Assembly: GCA_042091225.1 (NCBI GenBank)
Contig: JBELHW010000004.1
Location: forward strand, 4,479 to 68,478
Reading direction: 5' to 3'
Source: Cryomorphaceae bacterium
GTDB taxonomy: Bacteria; Bacteroidota; Bacteroidia; Flavobacteriales; UBA7312
DNA: 64,000 nucleotides
The notes under the pieces were generated by a model. It made no database searches. It was not told the DNA's origin and worked only from the letters and a program-made list of their open reading frames with translations. The translations under genes were made by a program, and so were the position numbers. Positions 9,774-20,872 of the stretch are shown here, in pieces. Numbering within the stretch: position 1 is the stretch's first letter; each line of letters starts with the position of its first letter.

Positions 9774-10631
9774 CTATTCAATTAATGACATTAAATATTT
9801 ACCATAACCACTTTTTAATAATGGTTGTGCTAACTTTTTTAGTTGATCGCTATTTATAAAACCCATCTTATAGGCTGCTTCTTCTATGCATCCAATTTTT
9901 CTTCCTTGTCTATCTTCAATAACTTGTACAAACTTGCTAGCCTGTATTAAGGAAGTAAAAGTGCCTGTATCAAGCCATGCAGAACCTCTACCTAAAAGTT
10001 GAACGTTTAATTTCTTACGTTTTAGGTATTCAATATTTACATCTGTAATTTCATATTCTCCTCTTGCGCTTGGCTTTATATTTTTTGCTATCTCTATCAC
10101 ATCATTGTCATAAAAATATAAGCCAGGAATAGCATAATTCGATTTAGGATTAGTAGGCTTTTCTTCTAAAGAAACAGCTTTCATCTGATCATCAAAATCG
10201 ACTACTCCATACCTTTCAGGGTCGTTAACTCTATATCCGAAAATGACTCCACCATCAATATGAGAATTACAAGATTCTAAAATCTTTCTTTTCATGTAAA
10301 AAATATTATCTCCTAAAACCAAACATACGGAATCATTTCCAATAAAGTCTTCTCCGATAATAAATGCTTGAGCTAATCCGTTAGGGACTTCTTGCACTTT
10401 ATATTCGAACTTGCAACCTAAATTAGATCCGTCGCCTAATAATTTTTGAAAAATTGGCAAATCATGAGGAGTAGAAATAATTAACTCTTCTCTTATTCCC
10501 GAAAACAATAGTGTAGATAATGGATAATATATCATAGGCTTGTCGTAAACAGGAAGGGCCTGTTTACTAACAGCTAATGTGAGTGGGTGCAACCTAGTGC
10601 CTGATCCTCCTGCTAAAATTATTCCTTTCAT
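9774..10631 (-). CDS. rfbA: glucose-1-phosphate thymidylyltransferase
   Basis: [47 protein letters not shown], typical of RmlA/RfbA. Stop is TAG (9774-9776). The start overlaps the upstream gene as ATGA. Confidence 0.9.
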   Translation of the reverse strand: MKGIILAGGSGTRLHPLTLAVSKQALPVYDKPMIYYPLSTLLFSGIREELIISTPHDLPIFQKLLGDGSNLGCKFEYKVQEVPNGLAQAFIIGEDFIGNDSVCLVLGDNIFYMKRKILESCNSHIDGGVIFGYRVNDPERYGVVDFDDQMKAVSLEEKPTNPKSNYAIPGLYFYDNDVIEIAKNIKPSARGEYEITDVNIEYLKRKKLNVQLLGRGSAWLDTGTFTSLIQASKFVQVIEDRQGRKIGCIEEAAYKMGFINSDQLKKLAQPLLKSGYGKYLMSLIE

Positions 10632-13003
10632 TCAAGTGGGTTTTTAAAGGTTAATTCTTTTAATTCGATATCTTCTTCTTCATCTAAAATTTCAGCTAAT
10701 GGATCTTGTATCGCCTCCTCTAATATTGACTTCTCCAAAGTCAGTAATAACGCTGGTAATATTACTAAATTAGATAACAAGGCAATCATGAGCGTAATTG
10801 AAACTAATAAACCTAAGGCGATTGTTCCTCCAAATTGAGAAGTCATAAATATAGAAAATCCGAAGAACAAAACAATAGAAGTGTAAATCATACTTACACC
10901 TGTTTCGCTAATTGCCTTTTTAACAGACTTTCTAATGTTACCGTTATTCTTTAATTCTTGTCTGTATTTTGCTAAAAAATGTATCGTATCATCTACAGAA
11001 ATACCAAATGCAATTCCGAAAACTAAAATAGTAGAAGGTTTGATAGCAATTCCAAAATAGCCCATAATTGCAGCAGTTAGTAATAAAGGGATTAAATTTG
11101 GAATAAGGGATACCATTACCATTCTAAAGGAATTAAACATCCAAGCCATAAATAAGGAGATTAGCAAAACAGCTAAAAATAAACTTGTAAATAAATTTTT
11201 CACTAAGTATGTTGTTCCTTTTAAAAAAACAACACTAGAACCTGTAATCTTAATGTCATATTTTTCTTTATCAAAAATCTGATCAATCTGACTTCTAAGT
11301 TTCGTCTTTATTTCATTCATTTGGCTAGTGCCAATATCAATAACTTGCAAAGAAATTCTTCCAACTTGCTTATCTTGGTCAACAAATGCATCCAACCAAT
11401 CGGAAGAGGTTTTGCTATTGTCAGCATAATTCAACAACCAGTTTTTTTCTTGTGAATTAGGCAATTGATAATATTTAGAATTCCCGTTATAAAAAGTTTG
11501 CTTGAAATACTTGATTGGCTCTAACAAAGATATTGATCTAGAAAATTGAGGATAAGTATTAAGGGTATCTACTAGTTTATTCATTCTTTTTAAAGTAGAT
11601 AAACGCATCATTCCGTTTTTACGATGAGTATCGATTGTAATTTCTAAAGGTAAAACAGAATTAAAATTATTTTCAAAAAAACTAATTCCTTTATAAAACT
11701 CTGTATCTTTAGGAATATCATCAGTAATGTTTCCAGAAGTTTGCATTTTTAATAAACCAAAAAGAGCAACAACTGTTATAATAATTGTATAAACGTATAT
11801 GTGTTCCCTTCGGTGAGTTACCCAATAATATATTTTTTTAACAATATATTGAATCCATTTTCTGTCTAAATGTTTAGTATGCTTTTGTTTAGGAGGATTG
11901 ATATAGCTCAACAAAATAGGTATTAAGAGTAAAGAAAGAAAAAAGACAGCGAAAATATTAATAGACGCAACTAATCCAAATTGTCTAAGATCCTGGCTCG
12001 AAGTTAAAATAAAAGTTGCGAAACCTAGGGCTGTTGTAGTATTGGTTAAAATGGTAATATTACCCACTCTTATAATCATTCTTACTAATGCCTTCGATTT
12101 ATTGCCATGAGCTTTAATCTCATTATGGTATTTATTAATCAGAAAAATACTGTTAGGGACGCCAATTACTATAAGTAAAGGAGGTATTAGAGCAGATAAA
12201 ATAGTTATCTCATAATCCAATAACGCCAGAGTCCCGAACGACCATGTTACCCCAATAGCTACAATAAGCATAGAAATTAACATCGCTTTAATAGATCTGA
12301 AAAATAAAAACAAAATAATAGCAGTAACAATAAATGCTAAAACAATAAATAGTCGCACTTCACTTCTAATCATTTGAGAATTAGTAGTTCTCACATAAGG
12401 AAGACCAGAGTAATAAATTTTGTTGGAGGATTTCGCACTATAGGAATCTCCTACTTCAACAATAGATGATATTAATTCCGTTCTTTTACTACTAGCAATG
12501 TATTTATCATCTAAATTTAAAACTAGTACTGCAGCATTTTCGCTTATAAAACGATTGTTATAGAACGGAAGATTTTTAAATGTGAGAAATGCAGCATCTA
12601 AGTCGCTTTGATTTTTAACGTTATCAAAGAGCTTAAAAGATTCGAATTTTTTCTCTTGTTCATTTTTATTTAATGCTATTGCATCTACAATTGAAAAGAC
12701 GCTGTTAACTCCTTCAATAGTTTTTAAATTCTCACTAAATTTTTGCCAGTAATTAAATTTTTGATAGATAAAGAAGGAGTCAACATCGACTCCTACAAAC
12801 ATGAGATTATCGCTTTCTCCAAATTTTTTTACAAAATAATTATAGTCAAGTTGTGTTTCAGAATCGTGAGGCAATAGTCTTGCCATTTCGTAGGACAAAC
12901 GTACTTTATCAGACTGCTGATACATGAAATAGGTAAAGGCAAGTATTAGCCATATAAAAACAGCTCGATACCTTAAAATAATTCTAGCAATTACAGCCCA
13001 CAT
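10628..13003 (-). CDS. RND-superfamily / MMPL-type exporter (COG1033-like, two 6-TM bundles)
   Basis: 791 aa. Two hydrophobic blocks, each followed by an MMPL-like motif: [15 protein letters not shown] and [17 protein letters not shown]. Large soluble loops lie between TM1 and TM2 of each half. Confidence 0.8.
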   Translation of the reverse strand: MWAVIARIILRYRAVFIWLILAFTYFMYQQSDKVRLSYEMARLLPHDSETQLDYNYFVKKFGESDNLMFVGVDVDSFFIYQKFNYWQKFSENLKTIEGVNSVFSIVDAIALNKNEQEKKFESFKLFDNVKNQSDLDAAFLTFKNLPFYNNRFISENAAVLVLNLDDKYIASSKRTELISSIVEVGDSYSAKSSNKIYYSGLPYVRTTNSQMIRSEVRLFIVLAFIVTAIILFLFFRSIKAMLISMLIVAIGVTWSFGTLALLDYEITILSALIPPLLIVIGVPNSIFLINKYHNEIKAHGNKSKALVRMIIRVGNITILTNTTTALGFATFILTSSQDLRQFGLVASINIFAVFFLSLLLIPILLSYINPPKQKHTKHLDRKWIQYIVKKIYYWVTHRREHIYVYTIIITVVALFGLLKMQTSGNITDDIPKDTEFYKGISFFENNFNSVLPLEITIDTHRKNGMMRLSTLKRMNKLVDTLNTYPQFSRSISLLEPIKYFKQTFYNGNSKYYQLPNSQEKNWLLNYADNSKTSSDWLDAFVDQDKQVGRISLQVIDIGTSQMNEIKTKLRSQIDQIFDKEKYDIKITGSSVVFLKGTTYLVKNLFTSLFLAVLLISLFMAWMFNSFRMVMVSLIPNLIPLLLTAAIMGYFGIAIKPSTILVFGIAFGISVDDTIHFLAKYRQELKNNGNIRKSVKKAISETGVSMIYTSIVLFFGFSIFMTSQFGGTIALGLLVSITLMIALLSNLVILPALLLTLEKSILEEAIQDPLAEILDEEEDIELKELTFKNPLE

Positions 13004-13047
13004 AAAAAGTAGTTTAAATATTTAAGCTTGGTAAGGCACAAAAGAAA

Positions 13048-13602
13048 TTAAACAGTCATAATTTCAGACTCTTTTGTAGAATATATCTCATCTACTTTTG
13101 ACGAAAATTCGTTAGTTAATTTTTGAATCTGATTTTCTGAATCTTTAATAATATCTTCAGAAATAGAATCTAATTTTTTCAACTCGTCATTTGCTTCTTT
13201 TCTGGCGTTTCTAATACTAATTTTAGCATTTTCTGTTTCCGATTTTGCTTTTTTAGCAAGATCTCTACGACGTTCTTCTGTTAAAGGAGGAATATTAATA
13301 ATCAGCAGCTCACCATTATTCATTGGTGTAAATCCTAAATTAGCATCAAGAATAGCTTTATCCATTGCTTCTAACATAGTTTTATCCCATGGCTGAACCG
13401 TAATTGTTTTCGCATCTGGTGTATTTATATTGGACGACTGACCTAAGGGTGTTACGGACCCATAATAATCGACAGTTACATTGTCAAGCATACTTGGTGA
13501 TGCTTTACCGGCTCTAATTTTAGAAAAAGCTTTTTCTAAATGAGCAATATTTGAATTCATTTGTTCTTTTGTACTTTCTATGATAAAGTCAATTTCTTCC
13601 AT
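13048..13602 (-). CDS. frr: ribosome recycling factor
   Basis: 184 aa. FSKIRAGKASPSMLD, LTEERRRDLAK, IRNARKEAND. Follows pyrH in the conserved order. Confidence 0.95.
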   Translation of the reverse strand: MEEIDFIIESTKEQMNSNIAHLEKAFSKIRAGKASPSMLDNVTVDYYGSVTPLGQSSNINTPDAKTITVQPWDKTMLEAMDKAILDANLGFTPMNNGELLIINIPPLTEERRRDLAKKAKSETENAKISIRNARKEANDELKKLDSISEDIIKDSENQIQKLTNEFSSKVDEIYSTKESEIMTV

Positions 13603-13613
13603 AATAAATTAGG

Positions 13614-14321
13614 TTAAAAGTTCACAAGAGTTCCTACCGACTCTCCTTTTAGCATCTTGATTAAATTTTTCGATTTATTGATATCAAACACAATAATTGG
13701 TAAATTGTTTTCATTACAAAGAGTAAAAGCAGTCATATCCATAATATTTAAGCCTTTTTCATATACTTCTTTAAAAGAAATAGTATTGTATTTAATCGCT
13801 GACTTATCTTTCTCAGGATCAGCAGAATATATTCCGTCTACTCGAGTACCTTTTAAAATCACGTCTGCTTCAATTTCAATCGCTCTTAGAGTAGCAGCAG
13901 TGTCAGTTGTAAAATAGGGGTTTCCTGTTCCACCGCCAAAAATTACGACTCTTCCCTTCTGCAAATGTCTAATTGCTCTTCTTCTAATGTAAGGCTCGGC
14001 AACCTGCTCCATTTTAATAGCAGTCATTAACCTTGTTTTAATGCCTTCTTTTTCTAAAGAAGATTGAAGAGCCATTCCGTTGATTATTGTAGCAAGCATA
14101 CCCATGTGGTCTCCTTGAACTCGATCTAATCCTTCTCCTTCAACCTGAACCCCTCTAAAAATATTTCCACCTCCTATTACAACAGCAACCTCAACACCAG
14201 CCTCAACGGCTTCTTTAATTTCTAAGGCATAACTAGAAAGTTTTTCGGTGTCAATACCAAACTGCTTAGATCCCATTAAAGACTCACCACTTAACTTTAG
14301 TAATATTCTGTTGTACTTCAT
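13614..14321 (-). CDS. pyrH: UMP kinase
   Basis: [40 protein letters not shown]-like block [18 protein letters not shown]. Confidence 0.95.
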   Translation of the reverse strand: MKYNRILLKLSGESLMGSKQFGIDTEKLSSYALEIKEAVEAGVEVAVVIGGGNIFRGVQVEGEGLDRVQGDHMGMLATIINGMALQSSLEKEGIKTRLMTAIKMEQVAEPYIRRRAIRHLQKGRVVIFGGGTGNPYFTTDTAATLRAIEIEADVILKGTRVDGIYSADPEKDKSAIKYNTISFKEVYEKGLNIMDMTAFTLCNENNLPIIVFDINKSKNLIKMLKGESVGTLVNF

Positions 14322-14336
14322 AATGTAAATTTAGAC

Positions 14337-14363
14337 AAAAAAAAAGAGAGTGAAAACACTCCC
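14337..14363 (-). terminator. rho-independent terminator after tsf
   Basis: The minus-strand RNA forms GGGAGUG-UUUU-CACUCUC (one G-U pair) followed by a 9-U run. It lies between tsf and pyrH. Confidence 0.65.
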
Positions 14364-14382
14364 TTTTTTATATTTAAAATAA

Positions 14383-15204
14383 TTAAATTCCTAAGCCAAC
14401 TCTTTTAAATGTTGACACCGACAAGCCTTTCTTTTGCTTTTCTAAATATTGAGCTACGGTTGTCTTAGATTCTTTAATAAATTCCTGATTAAGTAGTGTA
14501 TTTTCTTTAAAGAATTTATTTAATCTTCCGTTTGCAATTTTGTCTAGCATTTCTTCAGGCTTGCCTTCCTGACGTGCAAGATCTTTAGCAACTTCTAACT
14601 CTTTATCAATAACTTCTTGAGTAACAAAATCTTTATCGACAGCTACAGGATTCATAGCAGCAACTTGCATTGCTACATCTTTACCAACCTGTACGTCTGC
14701 CTGATCAGTAAGACCTACCAAGGTAGCTAATTTATTACCTCCATGAATGTAAGAAGAAACAAAATCTGACTCTACAAACTCATATCTTGATAAATCTAGT
14801 TTTTCACCAATTACACCAGACTGTTCTGTAATTTTTTCTGCGATAGTCATACCACCTACTTCAATAGCCATTAGCTCTTCCATACTAGATGGCTTGTTGC
14901 TCATTGCAGCATCTAAAAAGGACTGAGCTAAAGCAATAAACCCTTCATTGATAGCAACAAAGTCTGTTTCACAATTTAAAGAAATCAATGCACCAAAATT
15001 ACCATTTGAAGAAGATAATACAACGCCCTCTGTTGCCTCTCTATCTGCTCTTTTGGCTGCAATTTTTTGTCCTTTTTTTCTTAGTAAGTCTACTGCAGCA
15101 TCGTGATTTCCTTCTGCTTCAACTAGAGCTTTTTTACAATCCATCATACCTGCACCGGTCTGCTTTCTTAAAGCATTTACATCGGAAGCTGTGATCTTTG
15201 TCAT
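14383..15204 (-). CDS. tsf: translation elongation factor Ts
   Basis: ITASDVNALRKQTGAGMMDCKKAL (UBA-like N-terminus), LNCETDFVA. Downstream of rpsB. Confidence 0.95.
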   Translation of the reverse strand: MTKITASDVNALRKQTGAGMMDCKKALVEAEGNHDAAVDLLRKKGQKIAAKRADREATEGVVLSSSNGNFGALISLNCETDFVAINEGFIALAQSFLDAAMSNKPSSMEELMAIEVGGMTIAEKITEQSGVIGEKLDLSRYEFVESDFVSSYIHGGNKLATLVGLTDQADVQVGKDVAMQVAAMNPVAVDKDFVTQEVIDKELEVAKDLARQEGKPEEMLDKIANGRLNKFFKENTLLNQEFIKESKTTVAQYLEKQKKGLSVSTFKRVGLGI

Positions 15205-15225
15205 CTTAAATATTATTTAAATTTA

Positions 15226-16008
15226 TTATTTAGAGTCTTCCTTTTTGCTAGGAATCTCTGTTTTTTTTGCTTCTGGAGCTGGAGCTTTAGCTTCTTTTGC
15301 TACTTTAAGCTCTTTTTCAGCACCTCTTTCGGATAATCCCTCTTGAATAGAATCACAAACTAAAGTCATAATTTTTTCAATAGAACGAGTAGCATCATCA
15401 TTTGCAGGAATTGCAAAATCAACATTCGAAGGGTTAGAGTTAGTATCTACAATTGCGAAAGTAGGTATTCCTAATTTTTTAGCTTCTGCTACTGCAATGT
15501 GTTCTCTTTGAATATCAACTATAAACAAAGCAGCAGGCAATCTATTCATCGTAGAAATTGATCCTAAGTTTTTGTCTAATTTTGCTCTAGTTCGAGAAAC
15601 TTGAAGACGTTCTCTTTTAGAAAGAGTATCAATTGTTCCATCAACTTTCATTTTGTCGATAGAATTCATCTTTTTAATTGCTTTTCTAATAGTTGCAAAA
15701 TTTGTTAATAGACCACCTGACCAACGCTCAGTAATGTATGGCATATTAACTCTAGTAGCATTAGTGGAAACAGCATCTTTTGCTTGCTTTTTAGTAGCAA
15801 CAAACATTACTTTTCTACCCGATTTAGCAAGGTGCTTAAGAGCGGCACATGCTTCGTTTAGCTTTACAATTGTTTTGTTAAGATCAATTACGTGAATACC
15901 ATTTTTCTCCATAAAAATATAAGGAGCCATTTTTGGATTCCACTTTCTTGTAAGGTGTCCAAAATGAACACCAGAATCTAATAAGTCTTTAAAATTTGTT
16001 TTTGACAT
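15226..16008 (-). CDS. rpsB: 30S ribosomal protein S2
   Basis: LLDSGVHFGHLTRKWNPKMAPYIF, WSGGLLTNF, FIVDIQREHIAVAEAKKLGIP. Lys/Glu-rich tail. Confidence 0.95.
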   Translation of the reverse strand: MSKTNFKDLLDSGVHFGHLTRKWNPKMAPYIFMEKNGIHVIDLNKTIVKLNEACAALKHLAKSGRKVMFVATKKQAKDAVSTNATRVNMPYITERWSGGLLTNFATIRKAIKKMNSIDKMKVDGTIDTLSKRERLQVSRTRAKLDKNLGSISTMNRLPAALFIVDIQREHIAVAEAKKLGIPTFAIVDTNSNPSNVDFAIPANDDATRSIEKIMTLVCDSIQEGLSERGAEKELKVAKEAKAPAPEAKKTEIPSKKEDSK

Positions 16009-16027
16009 TTTTTTTATTGTTTACGTT

Positions 16028-16035
16028 CAAACTTA
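16028..16035 (-). promoter_or_regulatory. candidate -7 box (TAAGTTTG) for rpsB
   Basis: The forward strand reads CAAACTTA. It lies 19 nt upstream of the rpsB ATG. Confidence 0.4.
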
Positions 16036-16039
16036 GTTC

Positions 16040-16074
16040 AATTATTAAGTAGTGCGAAAGCAGTCTTAATAATT
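16040..16074 (-). other. 35-nt hairpin between rpsI and rpsB (10-bp A/U stem, inner 3-bp helix capped by a GNRA-type loop)
   Basis: AATTATTAAG (16040-49) is the exact reverse complement of CTTAATAATT (16065-74). Inside, TGC-GAAA-GCA forms the inner helix and loop (UUUC on the opposite strand). Confidence 0.6.
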
Positions 16075-16100
16075 TGGATACTAAACAATATCCTATAATA

Positions 16101-16487
16101 TTAACGTTTAGAGAACTGGAATTTCTTACGAGCTTTTTTCTGTCCTGGTTTTTTACGTTCAACCATTCTAGGGTCTCGAGTTAATAGTCCTTCTGCTTTC
16201 AAAACAGAACGATTTGATTCGTCTAATTGACAAAGAGCTCTAGAAATAGCAAGTCTAATAGCTTCTACTTGACCAGTAATTCCTCCTCCGTTTACGTTTA
16301 TTTTTAAATCAAACTTATCCTTCAATTCAGTTAAACTAAATGGTTGGTGTAGTCTATAAATTAATGTGTCAGTAGTAAAATAATCTTTAGCCTCTTTGTT
16401 ATTAACTAAAATATTTCCTTTACCCTTACTCATGTAAATACGAGCAACAGCTGTTTTTCTTCTACCGATTGTGTGAATTCTATCCAT
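16101..16487 (-). CDS. rpsI: 30S ribosomal protein S9
   Basis: GRRKTAVARI, GGGITGQVEAIRLAISRAL, C-terminal KKARKKFQFSKR. Confidence 0.95.
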   Translation of the reverse strand: MDRIHTIGRRKTAVARIYMSKGKGNILVNNKEAKDYFTTDTLIYRLHQPFSLTELKDKFDLKINVNGGGITGQVEAIRLAISRALCQLDESNRSVLKAEGLLTRDPRMVERKKPGQKKARKKFQFSKR

Positions 16488-16489
16488 TT

Positions 16490-16939
16490 TTATAAGTTGA
16501 TTTTAACTTCTTTTGGTTGTTGTGCTTCATGCTTATGGTCTGTTCCTGCATATACATGTAGATTTCCATATATGGCTCTACCTAATTTATTCTTTGGCAA
16601 CATACCTTTAACAGCTTGCTTAACAAGAGAGGTTTGGTCTCTATTAAATAACTCTCTTGGAGAAATTCTTTTTTGACCACCAGGATATCCTGTATGTTTA
16701 AAGTGTTCTCTATTGTCCCACTTTTGACCAGTTAATTTAATCTTGTCTGCATTTATTATTACTACATAGTCACCGCAATCAGCATGAGGTGTATAATTAG
16801 TTTTATGTTTTCCTCTAAGCAATGAAGCTGCATTAGATGATAAACGTCCTAATACCATATCTTCAGCATTAATCAACAACCATTTTTTGTCGGCGTTTTC
16901 TTTATTTGCTGAAACTGTTTTGTAGCTTAATGTATCCAC
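16490..16939 (-). CDS. rplM: 50S ribosomal protein L13
   Basis: (V/M)DTLSYKTVSANK, DMVLGRLSS, YTPHADCGDYVVIINA, HTGYPGG. I prefer the GTG at 16937-16939, which gives the usual MDTLSYKT N-terminus. The ATG at 16967-16969 would add 10 residues (MGHKKLKLHT). Confidence 0.9.
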   Translation of the reverse strand: MDTLSYKTVSANKENADKKWLLINAEDMVLGRLSSNAASLLRGKHKTNYTPHADCGDYVVIINADKIKLTGQKWDNREHFKHTGYPGGQKRISPRELFNRDQTSLVKQAVKGMLPKNKLGRAIYGNLHVYAGTDHKHEAQQPKEVKINL

Positions 16940-16994
16940 TGTATGTAATTTTAATTTCTTGTGCCCCAATAAACACTTTGTTCTAAAGGGGTGG

Positions 16995-17002
16995 CAAAAG
17001 TA
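16995..17002 (-). promoter_or_regulatory. candidate -7 box (TACTTTTG) for the rplM-rpsI operon, with a TTTG 20 nt upstream
   Basis: The forward strand reads CAAAAGTA. On the minus strand a TTTG lies 20 nt upstream, matching -33/-7 spacing. Confidence 0.5.
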
Positions 17003-17042
17003 GAATATTTATTTTAAAAGAACAAAATTTTATTAACCATAT

Positions 17043-18233
17043 TTAGTTGATAATTTTCATTTCTTTACCAACTTTAATAAAAGCGGCTATTGCTTTATCT
17101 AAATGTTCTCTAGTATGAGCTGCCGAAATTTGAACTCTTATACGAGCTTGTTCTTTTGGAACTACCGGAAAAAAGAACCCAATTACATAAATTCCTTCTT
17201 TTAACAATTTGTCTGACATAATTTGAGATGTCTTAGCATCATAAAGCATCACCGGCACAATAGGGTGTACTCCTTCTTTTATATCAAATCCTGCTTTTAA
17301 CATTTCAGATCGGAAATATGCTGTATTTTGCTCTAGTTTGTCTCTTAATTCTGTTGACTCACTAATAACATCTAAAACCTCAATTGCAGAACCAACTATT
17401 GAAGGTGCTAAAGAATTGGAAAATAAATAAGGTCTTGATTTTTGTCTTAAAATTTCAATAATTTCTTTTTTAGCTGATGTAAAGCCTCCCATTGCTCCAC
17501 CTAATGCTTTTCCTAAGGTGCCAGTAATAATGTCTACTCTACCCATTACTCCACAATGTTCATGTGTTCCTCTACCAGTTTTACCAATAAAACCAGTGGA
17601 GTGGCAGTCATCTACCATTACTAAGGCGTCATACTTTTCGGCTAAATCACAAATTTTATCAAGTTGAGCAATATATCCGTCCATGGAAAAAACACCATCG
17701 GTAACAATTATTCGATTTCTGTGTTGTTGAGCTTCTTTAAGTTTATTTTCTAAATCTTGCATATCATTATTTGCATAACGATACCTAGCTGCTTTACACA
17801 GGCGGACCCCATCAATAATTGATGCATGATTAAGAGAGTCTGAAATAATTGCATCTTCGCCACTAAACAAAGGTTCGAAAAGTCCACCATTTGCATCAAA
17901 TGCAGCCGCATAAAGAATAGTGTCTTCCATTTCTAAAAAAGAAGATAATTTATGCTCTAGTTCTTTATGAATGTCTTGAGTTCCGCAAATAAAACGAACC
18001 GAAGAAAGACCAAAACCATGAGAATCAAGTGTATCTTTTGCAGCCTGAACAACCTTTTTATTAGAAGATAGTCCTAAATAATTATTTGCACAAAAATTAA
18101 TCACTTCTAAATCGCCACTTACTCTAATATCTGTTCCCTGTTGAGTAAGAATTGTTCTTTCTTTTTTATAAAGCCCTGCAGATTCTATGTTGTTTAATTC
18201 TTGTTGTAGTTGTTCTTTTAATTTACCGTACAT
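17043..18233 (-). CDS. kbl: glycine C-acetyltransferase (2-amino-3-ketobutyrate CoA ligase)
   Basis: 396 aa alpha-oxoamine synthase fold. [18 protein letters not shown], the [12 protein letters not shown]-lysine region, and an N-terminus typical of Kbl. Confidence 0.88.
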   Translation of the reverse strand: MYGKLKEQLQQELNNIESAGLYKKERTILTQQGTDIRVSGDLEVINFCANNYLGLSSNKKVVQAAKDTLDSHGFGLSSVRFICGTQDIHKELEHKLSSFLEMEDTILYAAAFDANGGLFEPLFSGEDAIISDSLNHASIIDGVRLCKAARYRYANNDMQDLENKLKEAQQHRNRIIVTDGVFSMDGYIAQLDKICDLAEKYDALVMVDDCHSTGFIGKTGRGTHEHCGVMGRVDIITGTLGKALGGAMGGFTSAKKEIIEILRQKSRPYLFSNSLAPSIVGSAIEVLDVISESTELRDKLEQNTAYFRSEMLKAGFDIKEGVHPIVPVMLYDAKTSQIMSDKLLKEGIYVIGFFFPVVPKEQARIRVQISAAHTREHLDKAIAAFIKVGKEMKIIN

Positions 18234-18244
18234 ATATTGTCTAT

Positions 18245-18267
18245 AAAAAAAGGGAGATAAATCTCCC
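18245..18267 (-). terminator. rho-independent terminator after gdhA
   Basis: The minus-strand RNA forms GGGAGA-UUUA-UCUCCC followed by a 7-U run. Confidence 0.75.
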
Positions 18268-18291
18268 TTGGATTGTTTTTTTAAAAAATAG

Positions 18292-19686
<1,395 letters not shown>

Positions 19687-19734
19687 TCAAAAAAAAATAT
19701 TTAAACGATAATATTATATTTATCTAAAAGGTAA

Positions 19735-20823
19735 TTATTTCAAAGAAAATATCTTTCCGGGACTAGATTGAATTATATTTTTCAACTCTAAATCTGTTAG
19801 TACTCCCGCTAGCTGTCCGAAATTTATATTTAAACAGTCATTAATTGAATCAATATTCAATTCTTGTCTTTTTTCTAATAATGTAACTACTTTTAACTCA
19901 TATTCGTTTAGTAGATCTTTTTTAATTATCGTTTGTTTTTCCTTTTTGTTCCAATTTAATAAATAAGAAATGTCCTGAGGACTACTGCATAGATGAGCCT
20001 GATTTGTTTTTATCAAATGGTTACAACCACTAGAATACTCATCCTAAACTTTACCTGGAACAGCAAAAACATCTCTATTATAGTCGTTGGCTAATTTAGC
20101 GGTAATCATTGCTCCTCCTTTTATCTTACTTTCAATTACAATAGTGGCATCGGAGATTCCGGCAACGATTCTATTTCTTCGAACAAAATTTTCTCTACTA
20201 ATGTTAGTCTCGCTCAAAAATTCAGTGATTAATCCTCCATTTTGAAGCATTTCAAGCGATACATTTTTATGTGAAGAAGGATAAATTTTATCTAAGCCAT
20301 GAGCAATAACTGCAGCAGTTTTTAAATTGTGTTTTATAGCATTTTTATGTGCATGAATATCAATCCCATAGGCTAAACCACTAATAATAAGAACAGGAAA
20401 ATCGGAGAGATACTCTATAACTGACTGACAAATATTTTTTCCATAATTGCTAGCATTTCTGGTACCAACTATACTAACTATTTTTGTTTGATTCCAATCA
20501 AAATCTCCTTTTGAGTATAAAACTATTGGAGCATCTACGCAGTTTTTTAACCTACTTGGATAATCATTTTCTAAATAAGTACTTACTTTGATATTATTAT
20601 TAGAAATATAATTAATCTCTTGCTCGGCTCTAGAAAGCACATTCTGGCTAGAAATTTCTTTTGCCAAAACCGGACCGATATGAGGTATCTTAATTAAGTG
20701 TTCTTTTTTTTCTTTAAAAACTGCTTCAAAGCTTCCGCAATAACTAATTAATTTTTTAGCAGTGACAGGGCCTATTCCCGCAATAAGGGTAAGCCCTATT
20801 TGAAAAATAAGGTCGTTTTTCAT
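19735..20823 (-). pseudogene. dprA: DNA processing protein DprA interrupted by one in-frame TAG at 20044-20046
   Basis: The ORFs at 20044..20823 and 19735..20016 are in the same frame. The minus strand reads FAVPGKV-TAG-DEYSSGCNHLIKTNQAHL. Together they give a full-length DprA, with the IVGTRNAS and ISGLAYGID Rossmann-like core plus a C-terminal winged-helix-like tail. Confidence 0.8.
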
Positions 20824-20872
20824 GTTTTAATTGTTCTTTTTGTACTTTGCGAACTTAAAGATACAAATTATA

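Noticed and set aside
20044-20046. The TAG in dprA as evidence for a reassigned stop codon (alternative genetic code)
   Set aside because: TAG terminates rfbA (9774-9776), the thioesterase (25452-25454) and the CPBP protease (31395-31397) exactly where their homologues end. Global reassignment is therefore not supported.
20824-20872. A -7 box in the dprA / TonB-dependent-receptor divergent spacer
   Set aside because: Only TACTTTG is present, with one spacer base instead of two. It is not a clean TAnnTTTG match, so I did not call it.
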